64,000 nucleotides of DNA from Squalus acanthias. Taxonomy: Eukaryota. The translations under genes were made by a program, and so were the position numbers. The notes beneath the pieces were generated by a model that did not search any database, was not told where the DNA came from, and was given only the letters and a program-made list of their open reading frames with translations. This document shows positions 62,798 to 64,000 of the stretch, in pieces; positions within the stretch are counted from its first letter, which is position 1; every line of letters starts with the position of its first letter. The DNA is taken from NCBI GenBank assembly GCA_030390025.1, contig CM059432.1, positions 1,116,001 to 1,180,000 on the forward strand. The letters run 5' to 3'.

Positions 62798-64000
62798 ATC
62801 ATAGAAACTTACAGCACAGAAGGAGGCCATTCGGCCCATCGTGCCTGTGCCGGCTCTTTGAAAGAACAGTCGTGCTCAGTCCCACATCCCCGCTTTTTGT
62901 CCTTAACCTTGTAAGTTCCTCACCCCCAAGAACCTGTCCCACTCCCTTTTTAAAATTATTTATGGAATCTGCTTCCACCACCTTTTCAGGTAGAGATTCC
63001 AGATCCCGACAACTCTGAGTGAAAAAAATTCTTATCATCTTCCCTCTAGATCTTTTGCCAATGATTTTGAATCAATGACCTCTGGTTATTGACCCACTCG
63101 CCAGAGGGGATATTTTTTCCCTATTTACTCTATCAAAACCTCTCAACATCTTAAACCTCTATTGGGTCACCTCTTGACTTCTGTTCCAAGGCGAACAGTC
63201 TGAACTTTTCCAACCTCTCCTCATAACTGAACTCCCTCATCCCTGGTAACATCCCGGTAAACCTCCTCTGTACCCTTTCTAATGCCTTTACATCTTTCCT
63301 GAAGTGTGCTGCCCAGAATTGTCCACAATACTCCAGCTGAGACCTAACCAGTGATTTATAAAATTCTAGTATGATCTCTTTGCTTTTATATTCTATTCCT
63401 CAATTTATAAACCCAAGTAACCCATATGCTTTTTTAACCACCTTATCAACTTGCCCTGCCACCTTTTAAGGATTTGTGCATATGGACACCAAGGTCTCTC
63501 TGCTCATTTACACTTTTCAGAATCGTGCCAGTTATAGTATACTGTCTTTCCATATTGTCATCCCAAAGTGCATCACTTCACACTTCTCCGCATTAAACTC
63601 CATCTGCCATGGTTCTGCCCATTTCACCATCCTGTCGGTCATCCTGAAGCCTATAGCTGTCCTCATCACTAGCTGCTGCGTTGCCAAGTTTTGTATCATC
63701 TGTAAACTTTATAATGCTGCTCCCTACACCCGAGTCTAGGTCATTCACAAAAAGTGCAAAGAGTAATGGACCCAAAACTGACCCTTGGGGAACACCACTG
63801 CAAACTTACCTCCCTGTCTGAAAAACATCCATCTACTACCGCCCTTTGCTTCTTCTCGCTGAGCCAATTCCGTATCCACACCGTCACTTTCCCCTTAATG
63901 GGCTTGCTGCATCTTAACAAGCCTCCTGTGTGGCACTTTGTCCAATGCCTGCCGAAAGTCCATATATATATATATATATATAACATCTACTGCGCTCCCT
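62798..64000 (-). mobile_element. CR1 LINE 3' region, degenerate
   Basis: GPLLFALFVNDLD...KFTDDTKLG; CR1 tail at 62798. Confidence 0.85.

Overview
Vertebrate genomic DNA, almost certainly from a cartilaginous fish, judged from HE1-type V-SINEs and SacSINE1-type Deu-SINEs. The window holds the CpG-island promoter and first four coding exons of TTC39C on the + strand (3261-3415, 31859-31907, 40922-41050, 62296-62410). All GT-AG sites and phases are consistent, and the gene continues past the window end. The long introns are dominated by nested transposons: CR1 LINEs (one with a nearly intact ORF2), L2 LINEs, a third CR1-group LINE family, Deu-, V- and LF-SINE-like SINEs, hAT and Harbinger-like non-autonomous elements, and two Penelope-like (PLE) families. 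Highlights: (1) minimal type I hammerhead ribozyme motifs in both PLE families, two of them intact on the sense strand of intron 1; (2) short target-site-duplicated (TSD) fold-back PLE insertions whose symmetry axis sits at the hammerhead core; (3) a ~750-bp inverted duplication bracketing in-frame exon 3, plus two other 145-190 bp duplications of apparently non-TE sequence; (4) a G-quadruplex motif abutting the start codon. Family names come from motif recognition, not database searches. TE boundaries are approximate unless a TSD is given.
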